A stretch of DNA of 64,000 nucleotides, taken from IMG/VR virus record IMGVR_UViG_3300021964_000014. One strand, given 5' to 3'. The notes below the pieces were generated by a model. The model ran no database searches. It was not told where the DNA came from and worked only from the letters and a program-made list of their open reading frames with translations. The position numbers were made by a program, and so were the translations under genes. Below are positions 1 through 8,358 of the stretch, one piece after another. Origin of the DNA: a virus. The stretch's first letter is position 1. The number at the start of each line of letters is the position of its first letter.

Positions 1-257
1 CTATCTGTGCCTGTATTCGATAAGACAGGGGAGGCTAAGTTCAACCAACCTTTCCACATATACCTGTAGAACTTGTTTGCTAAGTCAGGTCGGTCTAATC
101 TCTGTGCTATTCTGTTAGCTACTCTTCTATAAGCTAATTTAGGTGTTTCGTTTTCTAATAAGTACCCTTTAGATATAGTTGCTAAAGAGACTTCATTCAT
201 CCACTCAGGATAATCTTTGCCTGCTTCCCATTGGGAATAATCTAATTGTAAAGTCAT
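1..257 (-). CDS. nrdA: Ribonucleotide reductase class I alpha subunit, N-terminal part (runs off window edge)
   Basis: Not in ORF track. Manual translation gives MTLQLDYSQWEAGKDYPEWMNEVSLATISKGYLLENETPKLAYRRVA...GWLNLASPVLSNTGTDR, typical of an NrdA N-terminus; directly follows nrdB. Confidence 0.88.
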   Translation of the reverse strand, partial: MTLQLDYSQWEAGKDYPEWMNEVSLATISKGYLLENETPKLAYRRVANRIAQRLDRPDLANKFYRYMWKGWLNLASPVLSNTGTD

Positions 258-266
258 ATCTATATA

Positions 267-1250
267 TTAAAACATTGTTTCAGCGTCCCACTCCATATGA
301 CCTTTAGCGTAATTAGTCACCCTATTAGCGAAGAAATCAGTTTGTTGTTTACCGGCTATTACTGCATCAAACCATTTCATGGTTTTTAAAGCTCCTTTAT
401 CAATTTCTTCAGCTGGTATGATAGGTTTTAAACCTAAATCTGCCATTTTAGTATTGATTCTATGTTTGATAAAATTCTTTAACTCATCTTTAGAAAGATT
501 TTCTAAGTTACCTAATTCGAATACTTTATCAATAAAATTAAATTCCAATTTAGATGCTAATAATGCAGCTTCTTCTATTTCTTTTACTAATTTATCAGTT
601 TTAAATTCTGGGTGTTCTTTCATTAGGGTTCTGAATAACCAACAGCCAGCTTCAGAGTGAAGTGATTCATCTCTTACTGACCATTCTACTATCTGTCCTA
701 CTCCTTTTAGTTTATTTCTCATTTTAAACGACAAAAGAACTGCGAAAGAAGAAAATAAATTAACACCTTCTGTAAACGCAGAAAAAATCGCTAATGATTT
801 AGCTCTTTCATGCCAGTTAGGAGTACCGTCGTGATTGTCTCTTACTTCCATTAATGCTTCTATCTTCGCCATAGTAGTTTCATCCTCTAAAAACTCTGCA
901 AAGTCATCTAAACCTAGTTGTTCGTTAAGTAAAGAATATGCTTCAGCATGAATAGTCTCAGATGATCCTAAAGTTGTGCCCATCATTATAACTTCTGGTT
1001 TTCTAAACCACTTTGTTACTAATGTAGACCAGTAGTCATTAACTATGGTTTCAGTTTGAGCGAAACCTTTTAGAATTTGCCCAACAACATTTTTTTCATG
1101 ATCTTTTAAATTACTTTTCCAGTCAGTTACATCTTGTGACATTGGAACTTCTGTGTGTAACCAGTGAGCTTGTTGTTGCTTTAACCAGTAATCGTATGCT
1201 TTTGGGTATTCGAATGGTTTATATACCACTCTTTCTTCTAATAGACTCAT
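267..1250 (-). CDS. nrdB: Ribonucleotide reductase class I beta subunit
   Basis: Ferritin-like di-metal motifs ETIHAEAY, TEGVNLFSSF and RDESLH; C-terminal TDFFANRVTNY. Confidence 0.96.
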   Translation of the reverse strand: MSLLEERVVYKPFEYPKAYDYWLKQQQAHWLHTEVPMSQDVTDWKSNLKDHEKNVVGQILKGFAQTETIVNDYWSTLVTKWFRKPEVIMMGTTLGSSETIHAEAYSLLNEQLGLDDFAEFLEDETTMAKIEALMEVRDNHDGTPNWHERAKSLAIFSAFTEGVNLFSSFAVLLSFKMRNKLKGVGQIVEWSVRDESLHSEAGCWLFRTLMKEHPEFKTDKLVKEIEEAALLASKLEFNFIDKVFELGNLENLSKDELKNFIKHRINTKMADLGLKPIIPAEEIDKGALKTMKWFDAVIAGKQQTDFFANRVTNYAKGHMEWDAETMF

Positions 1251-1339
1251 ATATCTTTATATATTAATAGGTTAATAAGACAGTAAATCCCCAAGGGAAA
1301 TTATATTTCTCTTGAGGACATCTTTAATAAATATCAACG

Positions 1340-2701
1340 TTAACCATTATCTAATCGTTCAACGCTGAAAAATTTCTTTGCCAATTCTTTATGGGTAGAG
1401 TTCACTCCGTTTTCATTCGGTAAATCTAAACTGTCTAAATCAGTTTTACCTTCGAATTGTATATGACCATTATTAGTATCCATCTTAACATTATATGTCA
1501 TACCATCTTGACCGTATCGATTCTTCATAACGTGAACCCTACCAGTACCGAGGACTTTATCCTCTTTCTGTCGCGAAAGAGACAGGCAAATGTCTGCAAC
1601 CATCATTTTATCATAACTTCCTGCTGCCTTATCTCCTTCAATGACAGAATCTTTAGCACCCATTCTATTTACCTGAGATGGTGTTAAGATGGGTATCTTA
1701 AGTTCTTTAGCTAAACCTTTAGTAGCAATAAATACATCATCTATCTCATCTTTTCTTTCTGAAAATTTACCTTTAGCAGGTGCTCTAAGATAATCTACAT
1801 AATCTATAATTACTATATCTGGTTTATGATCCATATCTATACATTTTTGGATATGGGATTTAATAGTATTAACTGAAGCGCTTTTAGGTGCGTACTCTTT
1901 TACAATTAATCTACCTTTTAAATTGTCTACATATTTTTGTACTTCTTTACGGTGTTTATTAACTTCGTCTATAGAGTAACCAGTAAAGTAACAGTCAAAT
2001 CTTTTACCAACATAATCTTCACCTAACTCCAAAGTATAAAAGTTAACTTTATGTCCTAATTGAACTGCATGTGCTGCTATTGCAACCATAGTCCAGGATT
2101 TACCGCCACCTGGGTTACCGAATACAATACCTAAATCACCAGGTCCAAATCCTCCTTGAATACCATCATTAAGTATAGGCCAAGGAGATGGAATAGTAGG
2201 TCTGTAGTCTGTTCTATACCTACTTTCTACATCTTTATTATACTCATGTCCGATATTTTTATCCATACCAGCTTTCATAGCTTTTTCTACTAAGTTTCTG
2301 ATACCGTCAAAATTACCTTCTTTAAGTAAATCAGCAGAGTCTAGTATAGCTGATTTCATCTCTTGATTCTTACAGAAGTTAGTAAATTCTTCCTGTACAT
2401 AGTCTAAATCATCTTGAGATGCTTGATAGCTATTACGCAGCTCTTCTTTTAATGCAACCTGTAGTACTTCATTTTCTACTTTTTGTAGTTCTACTTTAAG
2501 CACATCCATAGTAACTGTAGTATGGTACTTATCGAAGTAAGAAGTAATCTGATTGATAATCCACTTATGTGAATCAGCATCAAAGTATCCATCTGTTAGT
2601 ACATCTCTTACATTTAAGAGGAATCCTTTATCTGTAAGTAAAGATCCTAGTACTTTTAGTTGAAATCCTTTTCCGTATTGTTGTAAACTTTTTAATGTCA
2701 T
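1340..2701 (-). CDS. DnaB-like replicative helicase (gp41-like)
   Basis: Walker A GNPGGGKS, YTLEL, IIDYVD Walker B, SQVNR and KNRYG motifs of SF4 helicases. Confidence 0.92.
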   Translation of the reverse strand: MTLKSLQQYGKGFQLKVLGSLLTDKGFLLNVRDVLTDGYFDADSHKWIINQITSYFDKYHTTVTMDVLKVELQKVENEVLQVALKEELRNSYQASQDDLDYVQEEFTNFCKNQEMKSAILDSADLLKEGNFDGIRNLVEKAMKAGMDKNIGHEYNKDVESRYRTDYRPTIPSPWPILNDGIQGGFGPGDLGIVFGNPGGGKSWTMVAIAAHAVQLGHKVNFYTLELGEDYVGKRFDCYFTGYSIDEVNKHRKEVQKYVDNLKGRLIVKEYAPKSASVNTIKSHIQKCIDMDHKPDIVIIDYVDYLRAPAKGKFSERKDEIDDVFIATKGLAKELKIPILTPSQVNRMGAKDSVIEGDKAAGSYDKMMVADICLSLSRQKEDKVLGTGRVHVMKNRYGQDGMTYNVKMDTNNGHIQFEGKTDLDSLDLPNENGVNSTHKELAKKFFSVERLDNG

Positions 2702-3726
2702 TTTATAACCGTTGTTAGCCCCCTAAAGTTTTCAAGCCATCCTTCTGTATTTTTAGTAACACCTTCTATTTTATCTTGATCTAACAATCTCAAAAAGGCG
2801 CCTGTCTGCAAATCAGGTATCGGACTCTTTATTATATCTAATATAGTATTTTTTTCGCTATTATCCAACACAGAATTGTGTAAATTCATCAATTCGTAGT
2901 TTTTTTCTACCCTATCCCATTCATGGATAATTTTAGCGAATATTTTCTTCGGTTTTTCACCGTCTAATTGCGTTTCACAATGATCCCAAACATTTTGTAA
3001 TGATGCTAATGAATCCCAAGTAAAGCTTTTCCATTCAGATAGTATAGTTTTAATCCCTAGCCCTTTGATACCGGGTAAATTATCGGAATTATCACCCAAT
3101 AGTGCTTTTACTATATTATAGTTCTCAGGTAAAACTTTTATTTCTTCTACTATATTATCTACTGTAAAAGTCTTCTTTTTTACTGGTGCATAAACTTCAA
3201 TGTTTTTATTCACCAATTGTAAGAAATCTTTATCTGATGAAACTATCGTGACTTTTTTATTATTACCTGATGCTTGTTTAGCTAAATAAGCTATTATATC
3301 ATCAGCTTCTAATTTTTCCATCACAATCTGCTGTAAAGGTAAGCATTCTAGGTAATCCATAGTTCTATATAACTGACCTATTAATGCTTCTTGTTCTTCT
3401 TCTCTAGTATCGTATAGTCCCCAGTGCGTTATTCGAGCAGTAGCTCTTTGTGCTTTATAATTAGGATCTATATTTTTACGGTTTCCGGAACCACCCTTTC
3501 CATCCCATACAATAACTACCCTAGTTGGATCAAAAATACGTGTAACGTATCCTAATGAGCGAAGAAAGCCCACCAGGCCTCCGATATGCGCGCCTGATGG
3601 GTTCATCGCCTTGAGTAGAGAGAAACTACGAATTAACATATTCATAGCATCAATGATCAGAATGTGATCATTCAACTCTCGGGGTGGGGTCTGCTTTAAG
3701 TTTTTTAGGATTTCGTCGTACGCCAT
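2698..3726 (-). CDS. 5'-3' exonuclease / flap endonuclease (T4 RNase H / PolI N-terminal-like)
   Basis: IIDAMN, WDGKGG, YKAQR, EADD, SSDKD and GDNSDNLPGIKGLG (helix-hairpin-helix) motifs. Confidence 0.93.
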   Translation of the reverse strand: MAYDEILKNLKQTPPRELNDHILIIDAMNMLIRSFSLLKAMNPSGAHIGGLVGFLRSLGYVTRIFDPTRVVIVWDGKGGSGNRKNIDPNYKAQRATARITHWGLYDTREEEQEALIGQLYRTMDYLECLPLQQIVMEKLEADDIIAYLAKQASGNNKKVTIVSSDKDFLQLVNKNIEVYAPVKKKTFTVDNIVEEIKVLPENYNIVKALLGDNSDNLPGIKGLGIKTILSEWKSFTWDSLASLQNVWDHCETQLDGEKPKKIFAKIIHEWDRVEKNYELMNLHNSVLDNSEKNTILDIIKSPIPDLQTGAFLRLLDQDKIEGVTKNTEGWLENFRGLTTVIK

Positions 3727-4799
3727 TAATCTAATAAATTAGGTGAAATTGGAGTTTCTTCTAAATCACCTTCTTCGATTAGATCAAAGTCTATGGAACC
3801 AACTAGTTTTAACCAGTGTTCTTTATGAGCATCTCTATATTTATCGATTGCTTTCTTATCATCTTCAATAAAACCGTGTTGAGTCATTACAATTCTACCT
3901 CTAGATTGTACTCCTCCGATATGGTTCTTTTCTACTTGAACGTTAGTACGTTTAGCAAATTCAACTTGCATACCGTTTTTAATAGCTTTAATCTTAGATG
4001 TACCTGGATTGGTTATGTTACCGAATGTAATAACTAAAGTTGCGTCGTACCACATAGACATACCTCCTTTATTCTGTAACTTTGGTTGACCCATTGGATG
4101 TTCTGGTTTCATAGTCCAGACTTTATTAATAGCAACTAACGTATTAGTGTAGGGTGAATTTTCTTTTCTTGATAATAGAATCTTTTGGTTAAGATTATTA
4201 CCAAATTGAGTAGACATTGCACCTGCATTCCATTCGTTGTTGTTTTTATTGGATCTTACAGATAAATCACAAGGTACAGAACCAATACTATCCCAAAAGA
4301 AACATAAATCATAAGGTAAGTTACCTTTAGCTTGTTCATCCATAAGATCTGCAATATAAACTGCTACATCTTCAATAGTATTTAAAGTACCTCTATCAGC
4401 ATATAAGAAATGACCTTCATAATCTGTGATATTACCGTTAGCATCTGTTACTTCCTCTATTTGTAATCCCATCTCTTTAGCATGTTCCCAAGACCATTTC
4501 ATCTCAGTAATAATAAAAACAGGCAGTATACCCAGTTTCTGGGCATTTACTGCTGCTTCTATTAGGGCTGTTGTTTTGCCCGTATCACTATGTCCACGCA
4601 ATAGAGTGATGTGACCGGTAGGTATACCGGGTAAGGAAGTAATATCTTGAAAGGCTTTAGATAACGGTATCCATCCTTGCTCCTTAAATTTAACAGAAGC
4701 ATTAGAATAACCTTTCTTCTTTTTAAAATTCCCTAGATTAAACGACTTACGTACAGTTTCAGTCGCTCTAGCTTTTACTTCTTCTTTCTTTTTTGCCAT
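3726..4799 (-). CDS. RecA/UvsX-like recombinase
   Basis: Walker A GHSDTGKTT, WDSIGS Walker B, KGG and VEKNH motifs typical of the RecA family. Confidence 0.88.
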   Translation of the reverse strand: MAKKKEEVKARATETVRKSFNLGNFKKKKGYSNASVKFKEQGWIPLSKAFQDITSLPGIPTGHITLLRGHSDTGKTTALIEAAVNAQKLGILPVFIITEMKWSWEHAKEMGLQIEEVTDANGNITDYEGHFLYADRGTLNTIEDVAVYIADLMDEQAKGNLPYDLCFFWDSIGSVPCDLSVRSNKNNNEWNAGAMSTQFGNNLNQKILLSRKENSPYTNTLVAINKVWTMKPEHPMGQPKLQNKGGMSMWYDATLVITFGNITNPGTSKIKAIKNGMQVEFAKRTNVQVEKNHIGGVQSRGRIVMTQHGFIEDDKKAIDKYRDAHKEHWLKLVGSIDFDLIEEGDLEETPISPNLLD

Positions 4800-4801
4800 G
4801 T

Positions 4802-5599
4802 TTACTCGTTAAATAGGTCATCAAATTTACTAACTGTATCTTTATTGCCAGCGGTAGCTGTTTCTAAAGTAAAGTCAGTCTTTTGAGGACTAGAGCTTTC
4901 TGGCGTTGTTTCAGCACCTGCTGCTGGAGTATTCTCCTCTGCAGATCCTGGGTTTAAGTAATTCTGAAGTTGTTTCTTAATAAAATCGTAATCGTATTCT
5001 GTATGAACTTCTACAGGATTAGGTTGTTCTTTTAACCATTTATCAACTAAATCATTATTATCTGATAATGGTGTTTGTTTAGGTTTAATCCTAACAGTAG
5101 TTTCTGGGTAAGGGTTACCTTGTCTTTGTTCTACTACCATATCCCAGCCGTTGATTACATCAGTAAAGTCACCTACATCTTCATCTTCTGCTAAAGCAAG
5201 TAAAGATTTATAGATAGTTACTCCGAATCCCCATAGCCGTACTCCTTTGTCCTCCTCTCCTCTAACGATTACTGGGGCAAAGATTCTTGTCTTTGGGTTG
5301 ATTTTACCAGATAAAGACCAGTTATCTTTATCATTCGTTTTTCTAAGTTCTTTTACGAACTCTTCGATTGGATCTTGCTTACCGAAGTTAGATAAAGCAA
5401 CCATAGGGTATTTACCAATACCGTAGTGAAACTTTAACTCCTTGAAGGGAAAAGCAGGATCGAAAGCAGATGGTACAATACGTACTGTTTGCTTTCCTAA
5501 TTCAGGTTTCCAAAAAATAGTGGAATAGTCAGTTTTTTCTCTTTGCTGACCGTTGTTGTTTAAGGCATCGAGCTTAGCCTTGATCGCGTTTAAATCCAT
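4802..5599 (-). CDS. Single-stranded DNA-binding protein (gp32-like)
   Basis: FWKP...VRIVP, WGFG, DFTDVINGWD motifs and acidic C-terminal tail (FDDLFNE); adjacent to UvsX. Confidence 0.8.
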   Translation of the reverse strand: MDLNAIKAKLDALNNNGQQREKTDYSTIFWKPELGKQTVRIVPSAFDPAFPFKELKFHYGIGKYPMVALSNFGKQDPIEEFVKELRKTNDKDNWSLSGKINPKTRIFAPVIVRGEEDKGVRLWGFGVTIYKSLLALAEDEDVGDFTDVINGWDMVVEQRQGNPYPETTVRIKPKQTPLSDNNDLVDKWLKEQPNPVEVHTEYDYDFIKKQLQNYLNPGSAEENTPAAGAETTPESSSPQKTDFTLETATAGNKDTVSKFDDLFNE

Positions 5600-5629
5600 A
5601 TAACTAATTTTAATTTATAACTTATTATA

Positions 5630-5661
5630 CTAATATAAGAACTTATTTTCAGTTCTCCAAC
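5630..5661 (-). promoter_or_regulatory. Putative host-sigma (Bacteroidota-type) promoter GTTG-N20-TATATTAG upstream of SSB
   Basis: One of four copies with identical 20-nt spacing; resembles the -33 TTTG / -7 TAnnTTTG consensus. Confidence 0.65.
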
Positions 5662-6104
5662 TCTATTATCTTATAAAGTTTAGTATTTACTCTTTTTAAT
5701 TCCGGACCTTTAGTGAGAAGGATACAATTTCTATAGTCTGACCAATTAACTCTGTATGATGTATCTAATACACCACCGTTAATCTCTTTAATCAGGGTAT
5801 TTAAGGCATTAATAGTGTAGAGAGTGTTAGTCTCTTTTTTTCTATGTACAAGAATAGTATTATCTAAAAATGTTGACACATTTCCAAAGTCTACGTTGTA
5901 CGTACAAATATACTCATCTTGGCTCTTTGAATAAAGAACAAAAATTTTGCTGTATATAATTCTGTACTTCTCTTGAATAGAGGATAATACGTCATCCAAT
6001 CCTTCCTCGGTGGAAAACGTACAGAACAGTTTATTACTCATATCTTCGTTTAAATATACTTCGTCGAAATCGTATTCGACGGAAAAATCTGTAACTGGTT
6101 GCAT
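5649..6104 (-). CDS. Hypothetical protein between PolA and SSB
   Basis: 151-aa ORF colinear with neighbours; true start may be the internal MSNKLF. Confidence 0.7.
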   Translation of the reverse strand: MQPVTDFSVEYDFDEVYLNEDMSNKLFCTFSTEEGLDDVLSSIQEKYRIIYSKIFVLYSKSQDEYICTYNVDFGNVSTFLDNTILVHRKKETNTLYTINALNTLIKEINGGVLDTSYRVNWSDYRNCILLTKGPELKRVNTKLYKIIELEN

Positions 6105-6127
6105 TCTTTTATAAATATGATTCTGTT

Positions 6128-7453
6128 CTACAAAACTAAACTTTTACTAAACTTAAACTTTACCGGGTATTTTTCTTCTAATTCTAAAATTTTCTTAATA
6201 CCTTCTAAAGTTTCTCTACCATCCTCTTTATGAAAATCAAAAAGTATGGCATCGTATGTATACAACGCTATTTTAGTCTTTTTATCTCTTAAGTAGCGAA
6301 GTACTTCTTTTAATATAAGAATATTATTTGAAGTTTCCAACGATTGCATCATATAATTCATTAACTTAGCTGGATGCATGTCTTTTAACTCTTTTGTGAA
6401 GTGTTTACCTGATTGAGGATTACAAACGTATCCATTGTCATTAAATCTCTTCCACATATCATCAATATACTCTTGTATTTCTTTAAATATTTTTAAATCT
6501 TTATGCTTTTCTGGGATCTTACCGTATATAGCTTGAAAATTAATTTGCTTTGCTTTAGTATACTCCTCATCTGTTATCTCTTCCTTACCGAAGTATAACT
6601 TAGCTAATTGCTTATGAGCAGATGCGCTGGTAAGTTTATAATTAATCTGCTCAGAAAGTAGGCGCAAGTGGTACCCGTCAAAATCAAACTCAACAAAGTA
6701 GTCATTCTGTGGTCTGAAGGTTTTTCGATGCCTCTCCGTGTGAGGAATAGCAGCGAAATTAATACTGTTATAAGAATTAGTGGGTCTGGATGTAGCATTA
6801 TATAAATTATATGAGGTTAGTACTTTATTATCTTTAATATTATACAGTGGATCCCTTGGAGAGAACGTCTCTACAAAAGGTTCGTAATAGATCCCTATAC
6901 CGTGTTGTTCTAATAGATAGAATACGTTAGTTGCGGTCTTGTTATAGAAGTCAAAACCATCAGGAATATCTAACTCTATAACGTGTTTTATTTCACTATA
7001 AACTTTTTCATAAGATTCATATAATTTAGATATAGGAATTAACTTATTAACATAAGGTATGCTTCTAAATTTATTATAGAAATAATTGATTGCTGAGTTG
7101 CTATGGTTTATATCTAGCTTGTTATAAGTCACCATGCTATATAGTAACGAAACATCTATGGCTTCCTGTAAATTAAAGTAATACAGTAACTTCTTCTTAT
7201 CTAATGTATATAGTTTACTCGCTTTAGATAAAACTTGGTAGATACGGTGTTTATCTACATTAAGACCTTCGTCGTGATCTATAGGAATTATAAATCCGTG
7301 ATCTGATTTTAATAATCTTATGTATACTGCAATAGGTGTTGTAAGTTGAGGATGATATAAATCATGAGTAGGTATAACATCTACATAACATCCTAATCTG
7401 ACTAGATTTTCAAGATAAACTAACTTAGATTCTTCTTCTACTATATAAAACAC
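6128..7453 (-). CDS. Short, divergent family A DNA polymerase-like protein
   Basis: Motif A FDFDGYHLRLL, motif B AKQINFQAIYG, MNYMMQSLET and motif C YTYDAILFD; GTG start. Confidence 0.82.
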   Translation of the reverse strand: MFYIVEEESKLVYLENLVRLGCYVDVIPTHDLYHPQLTTPIAVYIRLLKSDHGFIIPIDHDEGLNVDKHRIYQVLSKASKLYTLDKKKLLYYFNLQEAIDVSLLYSMVTYNKLDINHSNSAINYFYNKFRSIPYVNKLIPISKLYESYEKVYSEIKHVIELDIPDGFDFYNKTATNVFYLLEQHGIGIYYEPFVETFSPRDPLYNIKDNKVLTSYNLYNATSRPTNSYNSINFAAIPHTERHRKTFRPQNDYFVEFDFDGYHLRLLSEQINYKLTSASAHKQLAKLYFGKEEITDEEYTKAKQINFQAIYGKIPEKHKDLKIFKEIQEYIDDMWKRFNDNGYVCNPQSGKHFTKELKDMHPAKLMNYMMQSLETSNNILILKEVLRYLRDKKTKIALYTYDAILFDFHKEDGRETLEGIKKILELEEKYPVKFKFSKSLVL

Positions 7454-7470
7454 TTACAAAACCTTTTTAT

Positions 7471-7502
7471 TTAATATAGTAAAAAAGATTTAAAGAAGCA
7501 AC
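7471..7502 (-). promoter_or_regulatory. Putative host-sigma promoter GTTG-N20-TATATTAA upstream of PolA-like gene
   Basis: Same motif and spacing as the copies at 5630, 16864 and 19725. Confidence 0.65.
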
Positions 7503-8356
7503 TAATCTCTATACATAATAGTCTCGCCGGTGCCTCCTAGTTCACCTGTTCCGCCTCCTCCACCACCAGAACTACTACTACCTGTAGGTTCATTATCTCC
7601 TTTTGGACCTCCTAGAGGGTTCATATCATTTTCAAAATCAAATATACCATCTCCGTCTGAATCTTCAGTGATAGGTTTATTTATGTATTTCAAACCTCCT
7701 CCATCTCTTAGGTTACCGCCCTCTTCTTTTATAGGTTTTGGTTTATTTCTAAGATTAGAAGATGTTTGTTTTATTATTCGAGTCTGTTCTTTTGGAGGTA
7801 ATTCTTCAAATCTATACCCTTCAACGTCTGATTCTATATCAGCGAATTTTGCATAATCAGTTATGTAATCTATAATTCCTTTCATTACAAGGTTTGCTCG
7901 CATTACACTTTCTTTGTTTCTACTTATAGTTCCTTTATATACGTACCCTTGATTAAAAATATCTTTTAAAGGTTTATCTATTATCCATTTTATTATTAAC
8001 CTTTTTATATAACGTTCTTTTTGTTTTTCTTCAAAAAAAGGTAGGTCTACTTCAATAATCTTATTAGTAATAGTGTTTTTTAAAAAATATCTATCAAAAT
8101 AACCTTTTTTATAGTCTTTAGGAGTAGGTAAAACATCTATAGAACTAAAAAATTCCTGTTGTACTTGCTCTTCTCCTGATAATTCATGAGGATCTTTAAC
8201 TATAGTTACAGAATCTACTGATGGGGTGTCACCAGTAGCAAACTCTCCTAACTCGTTTTCATGGTACGGGCCTTCATAGTCTGAGCCGTCAGGTAATTTA
8301 AAAATTCCTTTCAAGGCGAACAATCCAGACAGATATTTAATTTTAGGTAACCACAT
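7502..8356 (-). CDS. Hypothetical protein, last gene of baseplate cluster
   Basis: 284-aa ORF; YEGPYH and PTPKDYKKGYFDRYF segments; low-complexity Gly/Ser C-terminus. Confidence 0.7.
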   Translation of the reverse strand: MWLPKIKYLSGLFALKGIFKLPDGSDYEGPYHENELGEFATGDTPSVDSVTIVKDPHELSGEEQVQQEFFSSIDVLPTPKDYKKGYFDRYFLKNTITNKIIEVDLPFFEEKQKERYIKRLIIKWIIDKPLKDIFNQGYVYKGTISRNKESVMRANLVMKGIIDYITDYAKFADIESDVEGYRFEELPPKEQTRIIKQTSSNLRNKPKPIKEEGGNLRDGGGLKYINKPITEDSDGDGIFDFENDMNPLGGPKGDNEPTGSSSSGGGGGGTGELGGTGETIMYRD

Positions 8357-8358
8357 AC

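Noticed and set aside
6604-6798. Nested minus-strand ORFs (this one and 32794-32976)
   Set aside because: Short out-of-frame ORFs inside larger genes with no independent support.
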